Below are positions 42,532 through 51,631 of a DNA stretch of 64,000 nt, in pieces. A model generated the notes under the pieces. That model did not search any database. It was not told the DNA's origin and worked only from the letters and a program-made list of their open reading frames with translations. The stretch is taken from the NCBI GenBank assembly GCA_963842525.1, contig CAWJGT010000003.1, forward strand, positions 1,856,001-1,920,000, written 5' to 3'. The translations under genes were made by a program, and so were the position numbers. Each line of letters begins with the position of its first letter. The first letter of the stretch is position 1. The DNA is from an uncultured Holophagales bacterium (GTDB taxonomy: Bacteria; Acidobacteriota; Thermoanaerobaculia; Multivoradales; UBA5704).

Positions 42532-44598
42532 GTGAAGGGGTTTGTCGCTACACAGTCTGCCGCCCTCTGCTTGACCGGTCTGTTGTTCCAGGCGGCGCAC
42601 GCCGTCCAGGCCCAGACCCCTCAGGTCCCTGTTCGTCCCGCCGCGGAGCCCGGAGCCGCTCCGGACCTCCCTCCGCTCCCTCCGGACGCCACGTTCCAGT
42701 TCACCCTCGCCAAGCTGCTGTCGGTCGAAGGGTCCATCCCCGAGGCGCTCGCCGCCTTCGAGGAGGCCGCGCGGCTGGCGCCCGACTCGGCCTATGTGCG
42801 TCTCGAGCAGGCCCAGCTCCTGGCCCGCATCGCGCAATATGCGCGCGTCCCGGCCACCCGGCAGGAGTACCTGCGGAAGGCGGCCGTGGCGATCGACGAG
42901 GCCAAGCGTCTGGCGCCGGCGAACCTGGACGTCCTGCGCACCGTCGGACAGGTCTATCTCGATCTGTCCACGGACGAGCCCGCCGCCGTCGAGACCGCCC
43001 GCACGGCCCTCGAAGAGGTGCTGCGGCGAGACCCCATGGACATCGCCTCGGCGGTCGCCCTCGGGCAGCTCGACATCGACGCGAAGCAGTACGACAAGGC
43101 GGTGCAGGTCCTGCGCGACCTCATCGTCCGCGTGCCGCAGCAGCGCATGGCCTACGCCCTGCTGGTCGAGGCGCTGCTGCGCGCCGGGAAGCCGGCCGAG
43201 GCCGAGGCGATGCTGGGCGAGATCCTGGGCTTCGACCCCGGGTCTCTCGAAGCCCGCATGACGCTGGCCGACCTCCAGAGCGAGCGCGGCGACCACGAGG
43301 CCGCAGTGGCGACCCTGTCGGCCGCTCCGGAACAGGCCCTCGCCGAGCCGCGGCTGCGGCGCAAGCTCGCCTGGGAGCTCTACCTTTCCGGGAATCTCGC
43401 GGCCGCCCTGCCGGCCGCGGACGCCCTCCTCGCCGGCCACGAGCAGGACCCCGAAGCCGACTCCCTCCGGCTGCTCAAGGGGCTGATCCTCTCGGCCGAG
43501 GGGCGCAACGCCGAGGCCCTGGAGCTGCTGGACCCGATCCGCCGGGCACAGCCGGACAACACCGCCCTCGCCATGACGGTCTCTCGCCTGTATCAGCGGG
43601 AAGGCAGGCACGCCGAGGCCGCCGCCCTGCTGCGCGAGCGGCTCGAGCGGCGATCGCAGGGGGCGCAGGGAGCGCAGGGGACACAGGGTGCGAGCGGCGG
43701 CGCGACCGACAACGAGCAGGAGCTTCGGCTGGAGCTCGCCCAGGTCTACTTCGACGGCAAGGACTGGAAGAAGCTGGACGAGACGCTGGCGCCGCTCCTG
43801 CAATCCGCCGACGACGGGGTGCGCGCGCAGGCGCTGGTCCTGCAGGCGGACGGCCTCGCCGAGGCCAAGAAGTACGACGAGGCGCTGGCCGTCCTCGACC
43901 GCGGCGGGTCCAACCCGCCGAATCCGCCGAATCCAGTTATTGAGAGCCGGCGGGCGGAGGTGCTGATCCGTGCGGGCCGGGAGCGCGAGGGGCGCGAGCA
44001 GCTCGCAGCGCTGGCCAAGAGCGCCGACCCGGCGTCGGTCCTGTCGGCTGTGCAGGCCTTCCATCGCCTCGAGCGCTACGAGGAGTCGATCCCGGTGCTG
44101 CAGGGCCTGATCGCCGCACATCCCGATCAGCTCATCGGCCATTTCCTGCTCGGCGCCGCCTACGAGCGCACCGACCAGCGGGAGAAGGCCGTGGCGGAGC
44201 TCCGCCGCGTCCTGTCGATCGAGCCCGATTTTCATGCCGCTTTGAATTATCTTGGGTATACCTTCGCCGAAGCGGGAGAGAATCTCGACGAGGCGCTGAA
44301 GCTGATCCAGCGGGCGGTGGCGCTCGACCCCGACAACGGGTCCTACGTCGACTCGCTGGGCTGGGCCTACTTCCAACTCGGCCGCCACGACGAGGCTCGC
44401 GGCTATCTCGAGCGGGCCGTCCGCCTCGAACCGACCGATGCGACGCTGCAAGAGCACCTGGGGGACGTCTATGTGGCGCTGGGGCAGAACGATCGGGCGC
44501 GGGAAGCATACCACCGCGCGCTCGAGCTGGGCGACGACAACGCGGAGCAGGTGCGACGCAAGCTGGACCGTCTGGAGAGCGCCACGCCGCGGCGGTGA
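42532..44598 (+). CDS. Exported TPR protein
   Basis: Signal peptide; TPRs; ALNYLGY..A...YVDSLGWAYF. Confidence 0.88.
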   Translation: MKGFVATQSAALCLTGLLFQAAHAVQAQTPQVPVRPAAEPGAAPDLPPLPPDATFQFTLAKLLSVEGSIPEALAAFEEAARLAPDSAYVRLEQAQLLARIAQYARVPATRQEYLRKAAVAIDEAKRLAPANLDVLRTVGQVYLDLSTDEPAAVETARTALEEVLRRDPMDIASAVALGQLDIDAKQYDKAVQVLRDLIVRVPQQRMAYALLVEALLRAGKPAEAEAMLGEILGFDPGSLEARMTLADLQSERGDHEAAVATLSAAPEQALAEPRLRRKLAWELYLSGNLAAALPAADALLAGHEQDPEADSLRLLKGLILSAEGRNAEALELLDPIRRAQPDNTALAMTVSRLYQREGRHAEAAALLRERLERRSQGAQGAQGTQGASGGATDNEQELRLELAQVYFDGKDWKKLDETLAPLLQSADDGVRAQALVLQADGLAEAKKYDEALAVLDRGGSNPPNPPNPVIESRRAEVLIRAGREREGREQLAALAKSADPASVLSAVQAFHRLERYEESIPVLQGLIAAHPDQLIGHFLLGAAYERTDQREKAVAELRRVLSIEPDFHAALNYLGYTFAEAGENLDEALKLIQRAVALDPDNGSYVDSLGWAYFQLGRHDEARGYLERAVRLEPTDATLQEHLGDVYVALGQNDRAREAYHRALELGDDNAEQVRRKLDRLESATPRR

Positions 44599-45352
44599 TC
44601 CTCAAGCCCGGGGTTTCAACCCCAGGCACGGCGCCGTCCTCCTCCTCCTTTTCCTGGCCGCCTGCGCCGGCGGGCCGCGCCCTCGCACGGCCCCGAGCCA
44701 CGACGCCGCGCCGTGGGAGGTCCCCGAGACGGAATTCGGGACCCAGCGGCTCTTCCGGGTGAGCTATTCGGGGCCCGAGGGCGAGGGCTCGTTCCGCGTC
44801 ACCCTCCGCCTGTACGCCATGGAACGCTACCAGCTCCAGGCGGTCGATCCGGTCGGCCGCTCCCTCTGGAGCCTGGACGTCACCGGCGAGCGCGGGCTCT
44901 TCCTCAACCACCGCAACCGCACTGCCTGCGTCTTCGAGGGGAGCTTCGACATCTCCGGCATCTCCCTTGGGCCCTTCCCCCTCCTCACCCTGCCGAGCCT
45001 TCTGCTCGGGCGGGTGCCGTCCCGGCCGGAGGGGGAGGCCGAGAGGAACGGCCGCGAGATCCGCTTCTATGACCCCTCCGGCCGGTTGTGGTCCGCGATG
45101 GTCCGCGAAGGCGGCATGGTGGAGAGCTGGACCCTGATCGAGGAGGGCAAGCCCGCGATCTGGTGGCTCCACAGCGAAGGCTGGAACATCCTGTCGGACC
45201 GCGACCGCGGCGTGCAGGTGCGCTGGCGGGAGGTGCTGCGCGAGAAGCTGGCAGGACCGCCGGCGCCGCTCGAGCGCCCGGCCGGCTACCGCGAGGAGCC
45301 CTGCCGGGACACCACGCTGCCCGAGGCGGAACCTGAGCCTCCCGGTATTTGA
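44471..45352 (+). CDS. Putative lipoprotein (LolB-like position; start uncertain)
   Basis: LLLLFLAAC lipobox; follows TPR gene; REP at 44606-44626 inside the signal region. Confidence 0.5.
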   Translation: MWRWGRTIGRGKHTTARSSWATTTRSRCDASWTVWRAPRRGGDPQARGFNPRHGAVLLLLFLAACAGGPRPRTAPSHDAAPWEVPETEFGTQRLFRVSYSGPEGEGSFRVTLRLYAMERYQLQAVDPVGRSLWSLDVTGERGLFLNHRNRTACVFEGSFDISGISLGPFPLLTLPSLLLGRVPSRPEGEAERNGREIRFYDPSGRLWSAMVREGGMVESWTLIEEGKPAIWWLHSEGWNILSDRDRGVQVRWREVLREKLAGPPAPLERPAGYREEPCRDTTLPEAEPEPPGI

Positions 45353-45377
45353 CAGCCCGGCTTCCTGCCACTACCAT
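45349..45377 (+). promoter_or_regulatory. sigma70 promoter upstream of spoVG leader
   Basis: TTGACA-17-TACCAT. Confidence 0.65.
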
Positions 45378-45655
45378 ATTGGCCCCGGCGCAGGGGCATG
45401 TGCCTCCGCACCGGCCGGATCTGTGAAGGAAGTCTCCTTCCGGCGTTCCCGTGAGCCGCGCTCGGTACTATAATGCCCGGACTAGCTGGCGCGTAACAGA
45501 GCGGCCCCGCGGGAACGGCGCGATCCTGTCCGCCGTCTCACGTTTGAATGGTAGATGCCGCTGCACGGCAGACGAGTCGCTCCGGCGGCGCCACCGTGCT
45601 CAACCGGCGTGCCGCAGCCGGCACAGTTTCGCCAGGGACGACGGAGAGGATGCAA

Positions 45656-46075
45656 ATGGAGATCACAGAGGTCAAGGTCTTTCCGGTGCAAGAGGAAAAG
45701 CTCAAAGCGTTCGTGTCGATCGTCTTTGACCAGTGTTTCATGGTCAACGACATCAAGATCATCCAGGGGCGCGAGGGTCTCTTCATCAGCATGCCGAGCC
45801 GCAAGAAGAAGAACGGCGAGTTCAAGGACGTGGCTCACCCGCTGAACAACGAGACGCGGCGGATGATCGAGGACAAGGTGCTGGGGGAGTACGAGCGGAT
45901 CCTCGGGGAGCGTGGAGAGCGGATGCCGCAGGTGGCGTCGGCGGCGACGACGGACGCAGCCGTGGCTCGCGTCTCGCCGCCGGAGGCGAGCTTCCCCGTG
46001 GCGCCCCCGCCGGAGAGGTCGCTGGAGGAGGTCGAGGAGATGCATCTCCGCGACTCCTTCTGGTCCGTGACCTGA
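45656..46075 (+). CDS. spoVG: SpoVG family nucleic-acid-binding protein
   Basis: MEITEVKV...KLKAFVSI...GLFISMPSRK...FKDVAHP. Confidence 0.93.
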   Translation: MEITEVKVFPVQEEKLKAFVSIVFDQCFMVNDIKIIQGREGLFISMPSRKKKNGEFKDVAHPLNNETRRMIEDKVLGEYERILGERGERMPQVASAATTDAAVARVSPPEASFPVAPPPERSLEEVEEMHLRDSFWSVT

Positions 46076-46159
46076 GCCCCGGCCCCCGGAGACGGGTGCC
46101 GGACGTGGAGGGATGGCCGCAGGGGTGCTGGCGGCTGTTCCGGGGAGAGCACCCGATCC

Positions 46160-46234
46160 TGGGGCGTCGCCAAGTGGTAAGGCACCAGACTTTGGATCTG
46201 GCATCCGGAGGTTCGAATCCTCCCGCCCCAACCA
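46160..46234 (+). tRNA. tRNA-Gln(TTG)
   Basis: TGGGGCG acceptor; anticodon arm CCAGA-CTTTGGA-TCTGG; GGTTCGAATCC; CCA end. Confidence 0.96.
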
Positions 46235-46325
46235 GATCGACGAAGGCAAAGGACCTGCCCGATTCACGGCTCTTCGAGGCCCGCCACGAGGCGGGATCTC
46301 TTTTTCTCTGCGCAACGAGGGAGTA

Positions 46326-47267
46326 ATGCCTGGCGAGCTGAAGATCTTTGGTGGACGCGCGCACCCGGCCCTGGTGCAGGAAATCTGTGATTCCTTGAAC
46401 CTCGAATCCGGCAAGGTGACCGCCTACAGGTTCTCCGACGGCGAGGTCTTCTGCCAGATCGACGAGAACGTCCGCGGCTCGGACGTCTTCGTCGTGCAGC
46501 CGACCTGCGCGCCGGTCAACGAGAACCTGATGGAGCTGCTGATCATGCTCGACACGTTCAAGCGCTCCTCGGCCTCCCGTGTCACCGCCGTCATCCCCTA
46601 TTACGGCTATGCCCGGCAGGACAAAAAGGACCGGCCGCGCGTGCCGATCACCGCCAAGCTGGTGGCCGACCTGATCTCCAAGGCGGGCGCCGACCGCGTC
46701 CTGACCATGGACCTCCACGCCGACCAGATCCAGGGTTTTTTCGACGTGCCGGTCGATCACCTGTTCGCCGCGCCGGTGCTCCTGGACTCGATCCGCGAGA
46801 TGAGCATCCCCGACCTGGTGATCGTGTCGCCTGACACCGGCGGCGTCGAGCGCGCCCGCGCCATCGCCAAGCGGCTGGAGGTCGGCCTGGCGATCGTCGA
46901 CAAACGGCGCACCGCCCCGAACACCGCCGAGGTCATGCACGTCATCGGCGACGTCGAGGGGTGCAACACCCTGATCGTCGACGACATCATCGATACCGCC
47001 GGCACTCTGACCAAGACGGTCGAGGCGCTGGTCCAGAAGGGCGCCCGCCGGGTGCTGGCCGCCGGCGTCCACGGCGTCCTGTCCGGCCCGGCCCTGCAGC
47101 GCATCCACGAGTCGCCGCTGGAGGCGGTGATCATCACCAATACGACTCCGTTGGAGGAGAAGCTCTCCCGGTGCGACAAGCTGCGCCCGCTGTCGGTCGC
47201 GCCGCTCCTGGGAGACGCCATCCGCCGCATCCACGAGAACAGCTCCGTGAGCTCTCTGTTCGTCTAG
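46326..47267 (+). CDS. prs: Ribose-phosphate pyrophosphokinase
   Basis: FSDGE; PYYGYARQD; VDDIIDTAGT. Confidence 0.97.
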   Translation: MPGELKIFGGRAHPALVQEICDSLNLESGKVTAYRFSDGEVFCQIDENVRGSDVFVVQPTCAPVNENLMELLIMLDTFKRSSASRVTAVIPYYGYARQDKKDRPRVPITAKLVADLISKAGADRVLTMDLHADQIQGFFDVPVDHLFAAPVLLDSIREMSIPDLVIVSPDTGGVERARAIAKRLEVGLAIVDKRRTAPNTAEVMHVIGDVEGCNTLIVDDIIDTAGTLTKTVEALVQKGARRVLAAGVHGVLSGPALQRIHESPLEAVIITNTTPLEEKLSRCDKLRPLSVAPLLGDAIRRIHENSSVSSLFV

Positions 47268-47292
47268 CCGCGAAAGAAGTGAGGAAAGAACC

Positions 47293-47925
47293 ATGGCTGA
47301 ATTGAGCATCCAGGTCCAGAAGCGCGAGAAGGTCGGCAAGGGAGCCAACCGCAAGGCCCGCGCCCAAGGCCAGATCCCCGCGGTCGTCTACGGCTCCGGC
47401 AAGGAGTCGGTCCCGATCGCCGTCGACCGCAAGACCTTCATCGATCTGATGAAAAAGGCCGGCAGTGAGAACACCCTCTTCCTGCTCCAGCTCTCCGACA
47501 CCGGCAAGGAGCGGCACGCGATGGTGCGCGACATCCAGATCGAGCCGCTGAGCCGGCAGGTGATCCACATCGACTTCCAGCGCGTCGACATGACCGAGAA
47601 GGTGCGCGTCACCGTGCCCATCGAGCAGGTGGGCGCCTCGATCGGCGTCAAGCTGGGCGGCATGATCGACTTCGTGACCCGCGAGGTCCACGTCGAATGC
47701 CTGCCCGGCGACATCCCGAAGCACATCGACCTCGACGTCACGAGCTTCGAGATCGGCCAGCACGCGACGGCCAAGGACCTCACGATGCCGCCGGGGGTCA
47801 CCCTGGCCGACGATCCGGAGAGGGTCATCCTCTCGATTCACCACGCGCGGGTCGAGGAGGAAGCGGCCGAGGGTGAGCGCGCCGAGCCCGAGGTCATCAA
47901 GCGGGGCAAGACCGAGGAGGCATAG
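47293..47925 (+). CDS. rplY: 50S ribosomal protein L25/Ctc
   Basis: GKGANRK..IPAVVYG; HIDF. Confidence 0.95.
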   Translation: MAELSIQVQKREKVGKGANRKARAQGQIPAVVYGSGKESVPIAVDRKTFIDLMKKAGSENTLFLLQLSDTGKERHAMVRDIQIEPLSRQVIHIDFQRVDMTEKVRVTVPIEQVGASIGVKLGGMIDFVTREVHVECLPGDIPKHIDLDVTSFEIGQHATAKDLTMPPGVTLADDPERVILSIHHARVEEEAAEGERAEPEVIKRGKTEEA

Positions 47926-47928
47926 GAT

Positions 47929-48492
47929 CTGGCCGAGCTCATCCTTGGGCTGGGCAACCCTGGAGCGCAATACGCCGGCACCCGGCACAACGTTGGGTTC
48001 CGGGTGGTCGAGGAGCTCGCGCGCCGTATGGGGGTCCGCCTCGACCGCCTGGAATGCAACTCCCGCCTGGGCGGGGGCGCGGATGGCGTGCCCCTGCTCG
48101 TCCAGCCCCAGACCTATATGAACCGGAGCGGCTACGCCGCGCGCTGCCTGGTCGAGCTGCGCCAGATCGAGCCCGGCTCCATCCTGGTCGTCTACGACGA
48201 GATCAACCTGCCGCTCGGGAAGCTGCGGCTCCGCCGCTCCGGGAGCCCCGCCGGCCACCGCGGTCTGGAGTCGATCCTGGAGAGCCTGCGCACCGACCAG
48301 GTCCCGCGCCTGCGGCTCGGCGTCGCCCCGGCAGACGGCCCACCCCCGGGAGAAGACCTGGCCGGCTTCGTCCTCTCGCCATTCGCGGAGGACGAACGCG
48401 AGGCTGCCGAGGCCATGATCGTCCGCGCCGCCGACGCCTGCGAGGTCTGGCTGCGGGAAGGGATGGACACGGCGATGGGGAAGTTCAATTGA
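47929..48492 (+). CDS. pth: Peptidyl-tRNA hydrolase (apparent CTG start)
   Basis: GLGNPG..YAGTRHNVGF lies upstream of the track's start; PQTYMNRSG; GHRGL. Confidence 0.92.
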   Translation: MAELILGLGNPGAQYAGTRHNVGFRVVEELARRMGVRLDRLECNSRLGGGADGVPLLVQPQTYMNRSGYAARCLVELRQIEPGSILVVYDEINLPLGKLRLRRSGSPAGHRGLESILESLRTDQVPRLRLGVAPADGPPPGEDLAGFVLSPFAEDEREAAEAMIVRAADACEVWLREGMDTAMGKFN

Positions 48493-48498
48493 TCCCGT

Positions 48499-48540
48499 CC
48501 CCCCTCTCCCCGGCCCTCTCCCCCGTGCCGGTGGAGAGGG
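48499..48540. repeat. REP element
   Basis: CCCCTCTCCCCGGCCCTCTCCCC..GGAGAGGG. Confidence 0.6.
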
Positions 48541-48560
48541 AGGAGAGCCGCGGCAGGGCC

Positions 48561-48700
48561 TTGCGCTTCGTCCCCTCTCTGTGTAAAATCTTTGCTCTTT
48601 CAACCGCGGACCGGGGTGTGCTCTGGATCCGCACACCCGTTCCTCTCTGTTCCGCCCACGTGAGCGGGACTGTTCAGGCCAAAGGGAGGCTACTCGATAC
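48561..48700 (+). promoter_or_regulatory. rpsF promoter and probable S6:S18 leader RNA
   Basis: TTGCGC-17-TAAAAT; leader TTCCTCTCTG...CAGGCCAAAGGGAGG can sequester the SD. Confidence 0.5.
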
Positions 48701-48702
48701 CC

Positions 48703-49107
48703 ATGCGTACATACGAGCTGATGTTCCTCGTCGACCCGCGCGTCTCCGACGAGGACGTGGTCACGATGACCAACGACTACAAACAGATGATCACGACCGG
48801 CGGCGCCGAGATCACCGCCGAAGAGAACTGGGGCCGGCGCAAGCTTGCCTATCCCATCAACAAGGTGAACGAGGGCAAGTACATCCTGCTCTACATCCAG
48901 AGCCAGGAGGGCAAGACGTCGCTGCCCGAGGTCGAGCACCGGATGCGGCAGAACGACAAGATCCTGCGCTTCCTCACCGTCCGCACCGACGAGGACCTCA
49001 AGAGGGCGGCCCGCAGGCATCCGTCGCCGTCGGGCGCCTCCTCCTCGGCCGCCGACTCCGGCGAGCCGGTCCTGGACGAAGGCATCGATCTTGGAGAGGA
49101 GGTCTAG
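48703..49107 (+). CDS. rpsF: 30S ribosomal protein S6
   Basis: MRTYELMF; WGRRKLAYPI. Confidence 0.96.
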   Translation: MRTYELMFLVDPRVSDEDVVTMTNDYKQMITTGGAEITAEENWGRRKLAYPINKVNEGKYILLYIQSQEGKTSLPEVEHRMRQNDKILRFLTVRTDEDLKRAARRHPSPSGASSSAADSGEPVLDEGIDLGEEV

Positions 49108-49110
49108 ACC

Positions 49111-49344
49111 ATGGCACGCCCGAGAAAGGTCTTCTTCCGCCGCCGCAAGGTCTGTAAGTTCTGCGCCGACAAGATCGACTACATCGACTACAAGGACGTG
49201 AAGCTGCTGCAGCAGTTCATCCCCGAACGCTCCAAGATCCTCCCGCGCCGGATCTCCGGGACCTGTGCCCGGCACCAGCGCTTCCTGCAACAGGCCATCA
49301 AGCGGGCGCGCCATCTGGCGCTGATCCCGTTCACCACGGATTAG
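49111..49344 (+). CDS. rpsR: 30S ribosomal protein S18
   Basis: KVCKFC..IDYKD...KILPRRISG. Confidence 0.97.
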   Translation: MARPRKVFFRRRKVCKFCADKIDYIDYKDVKLLQQFIPERSKILPRRISGTCARHQRFLQQAIKRARHLALIPFTTD

Positions 49345-49358
49345 GGAGGGGGGACGCC

Positions 49359-49805
49359 TTGAAAGTCATCCTGCTCAGCGACCAGCGCCACGTCGGCAAG
49401 CGTGGCGAGGTGATCGAGGTCAAGCCCGGCTTCGGCCGCAACTACCTCGTGCCCCAGGGGCTCGCCCTCGAGGCGACTCCGGCCAATCTCAAGCTCTTCG
49501 AGCAGCAGCGCGCCAAGATCGACGCGCGGCATGCCAAGGAGCGCGATGCCGCGGCCGAGTTCGCCGCCAAGCTGTCGGGCCTCCGCATCGAGATCCCCAA
49601 GCGGGTCGGCGAGACCGGCACCCTCTACGGCTCCGTGACTGCCGCCGAGGTGGCCGAGCTGCTGGCCCTGAAGGGGTTCGAGGTGGACCGCCGGCGCATC
49701 GACCTCGGCGGCGGCATCAAGACAATCGGCGACCATCCGGTCCGCGTCGACCTGCACTCCGAAGTGGCCGCCGAGGTGACCGTCTCGGTGGTCCCCGCGG
49801 AGTAG
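49359..49805 (+). CDS. rplI: 50S ribosomal protein L9
   Basis: KVIL...VKPGFGRNYL; LYGSV. Confidence 0.96.
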   Translation: MKVILLSDQRHVGKRGEVIEVKPGFGRNYLVPQGLALEATPANLKLFEQQRAKIDARHAKERDAAAEFAAKLSGLRIEIPKRVGETGTLYGSVTAAEVAELLALKGFEVDRRRIDLGGGIKTIGDHPVRVDLHSEVAAEVTVSVVPAE

Positions 49806-49824
49806 AGCCAAAGGCGCGGCGGGG

Positions 49825-51006
49825 ATGGAGCCCGACGCCGTTCCGCCGCGCCGCATCCCATCCCTCGACGACTTCCTCGTCGAGCCCACCCGCGACCTGC
49901 ACGACTGGCAGTGGCTGTGGAGGGGGGACCACCAGTTCCCCGTCCGCAGCCATCGCGGCCTTCTGGGCCGCTTGGTCGTCTTCTTCAAGCGCCTCGTCCG
50001 GCCGCTCGTCCAGACGCCCCAGAACGAGCTCTGGGACCGCCAGCGCACCTTCAACCTGATCCTCCTCGAGCACCTGATCCGCAACGAGGAGCACCGTGGC
50101 GACCACCGCCGCCGCCTCGAATACCTGGAGGCCCTGAATTCCGAGGGCATCCACGAGATCATGCGGCACAACGACGCCCTCTTCGCCCGCGCCGACCAGA
50201 AGCTCGACCGCTACCGCCGCGAGGTCCACGACCTCCTCGGCAGCCTCGGCGCCGCGCTGGCCGCTGTGCAGTCCGCTCCCGAGGTGGGCACCGAGACGCT
50301 GGCCCGCGCCGTCGAGGAGCACGGCTACTTCGAGCTGGAGCGCCGCTACCGTGGAACCGAGGAGGAGATCCTCGACCGCATTTCGGTCTACCTCCCCTGG
50401 CTGAAGACGATTCCCGGCCCGGTCCTCGACCTGGGCTGCGGCCGTGGCGAGTCGCTGGCCCTGCTGCGAGATCAAGGGATTTCAGCGCGCGGCGTGGATT
50501 CGAGCGCCCGCATGGTGGCTCTCTGCCGCGAGCGGGGGTTGGAAGCGGCAGAAGGTGATCTCTTCGGCACGCTGGCCGGGGTGGAGGAGGGGAGCCTGGG
50601 CGGCGTGGTTTCCTTCCACGTCATCGAGCATCTCCCCCCGGCCTCCCTCGACCGGCTCGTGCGCCTTGCCTACAGGGCGCTGAAGCCCGGAGGGGTCCTG
50701 ATTCTGGAGACGCCGAGCCCGTTATCGCTGATCGTCGCCGCGCGCAACTTCTGGCTCGACCCGACCCACGTGCGGCCGGTCCATCCCGAGAGCCTGAAGC
50801 TGATGTACGAGCTCGCCGGCTTCGATCCGGTCGAGCACCTCGACCTCCGCCCGTTCCCCGATTCCGAGCGCCTGCCCGAGATCGACCTGGCGAAGGTCCC
50901 CGAAGACCAGAAACAGCTCGCCGACAAGGTCAACCGCCTGCGCGACCGGATCGACGAGCTGCTGTTCGGGTTCCAGGATTTCGGGATGGTGGGGCGGCGG
51001 CCGTAG
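49825..51006 (+). CDS. Class I SAM-dependent methyltransferase with N-terminal coiled coil (glycan-related type)
   Basis: ERRYRG; VLDLGCGRG; FHVIEH; FWLDPTH. Confidence 0.85.
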   Translation: MEPDAVPPRRIPSLDDFLVEPTRDLHDWQWLWRGDHQFPVRSHRGLLGRLVVFFKRLVRPLVQTPQNELWDRQRTFNLILLEHLIRNEEHRGDHRRRLEYLEALNSEGIHEIMRHNDALFARADQKLDRYRREVHDLLGSLGAALAAVQSAPEVGTETLARAVEEHGYFELERRYRGTEEEILDRISVYLPWLKTIPGPVLDLGCGRGESLALLRDQGISARGVDSSARMVALCRERGLEAAEGDLFGTLAGVEEGSLGGVVSFHVIEHLPPASLDRLVRLAYRALKPGGVLILETPSPLSLIVAARNFWLDPTHVRPVHPESLKLMYELAGFDPVEHLDLRPFPDSERLPEIDLAKVPEDQKQLADKVNRLRDRIDELLFGFQDFGMVGRRP

Positions 51007-51096
51007 AGGGCGTGCATCCGCGGACAGCACTGACATCCCTGACGACTCTGACATCTTCCCTGAATGGTCGTTCTTGCTTTCTTTTCTGCCTCTGAG

Positions 51097-51113
51097 TAGG
51101 CATGAGAGTTGCT
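51097..51113 (+). promoter_or_regulatory. sigma54 (-24/-12) promoter
   Basis: TAGGCATGAGAGTTGCT; GG 51099-51100 and GC 51111-51112 at canonical spacing. Confidence 0.65.
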
Positions 51114-51145
51114 CATTGCGAGTAGTAACAACCTAAGGAGAGATT

Positions 51146-51628
51146 ATGAGCAACTTCAACTTCCAACTCGGTTTCAACTGGCCCGCGACCCCTCAGAGCG
51201 GGGCGCTACCTCTCAAGTTGGCTCTTCAGACCTTCGACGGCACAACTCAGTCCGGCCCGAATTATAATTTCACGCCACAGTCAGATTATGTTTGCTTCAA
51301 TGCGCTTAACATGACTAGCGGTGCCAACATTAAAGACTATACCATCACCGGTGGTTCGATTACATTCAGCCCCGTGGGGTCGCAGCCGGCCGACTCTCCC
51401 TTCAACCTAACATCATTGCAGATCGGTGAGCTTGGACAAGCGATCGGAATGACGCAGTCGGATCCTACCTTGAATGGTTCGGGTCCGTACTGGGCTCCTG
51501 TTGTCCCACTTATGCAGGTGTACAACCCAGGAACTTACAGCTTTACCGTCACGCTGCTCGTTCAGAAAGGTTCTGCTCAACAAACCTTCGTGATCGACCC
51601 CGAGATGATTATCGAAAGTGCCGGCTGA
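51146..51628 (+). CDS. Low-GC beta-rich protein with C-terminal DP motif (DP-EP/AidA-PixA-like)
   Basis: AAGGAG RBS; ends YSFTVTL...FVIDPEMIIE; visibly AT-richer than flanks. Confidence 0.55.
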   Translation: MSNFNFQLGFNWPATPQSGALPLKLALQTFDGTTQSGPNYNFTPQSDYVCFNALNMTSGANIKDYTITGGSITFSPVGSQPADSPFNLTSLQIGELGQAIGMTQSDPTLNGSGPYWAPVVPLMQVYNPGTYSFTVTLLVQKGSAQQTFVIDPEMIIESAG

Positions 51629-51631
51629 TGT

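Noticed and set aside
46160-46234. tRNA-Gln as an island integration site
   Set aside because: Flanked by conserved spoVG and prs; no integrase and no duplicated tRNA 3' end noticed.
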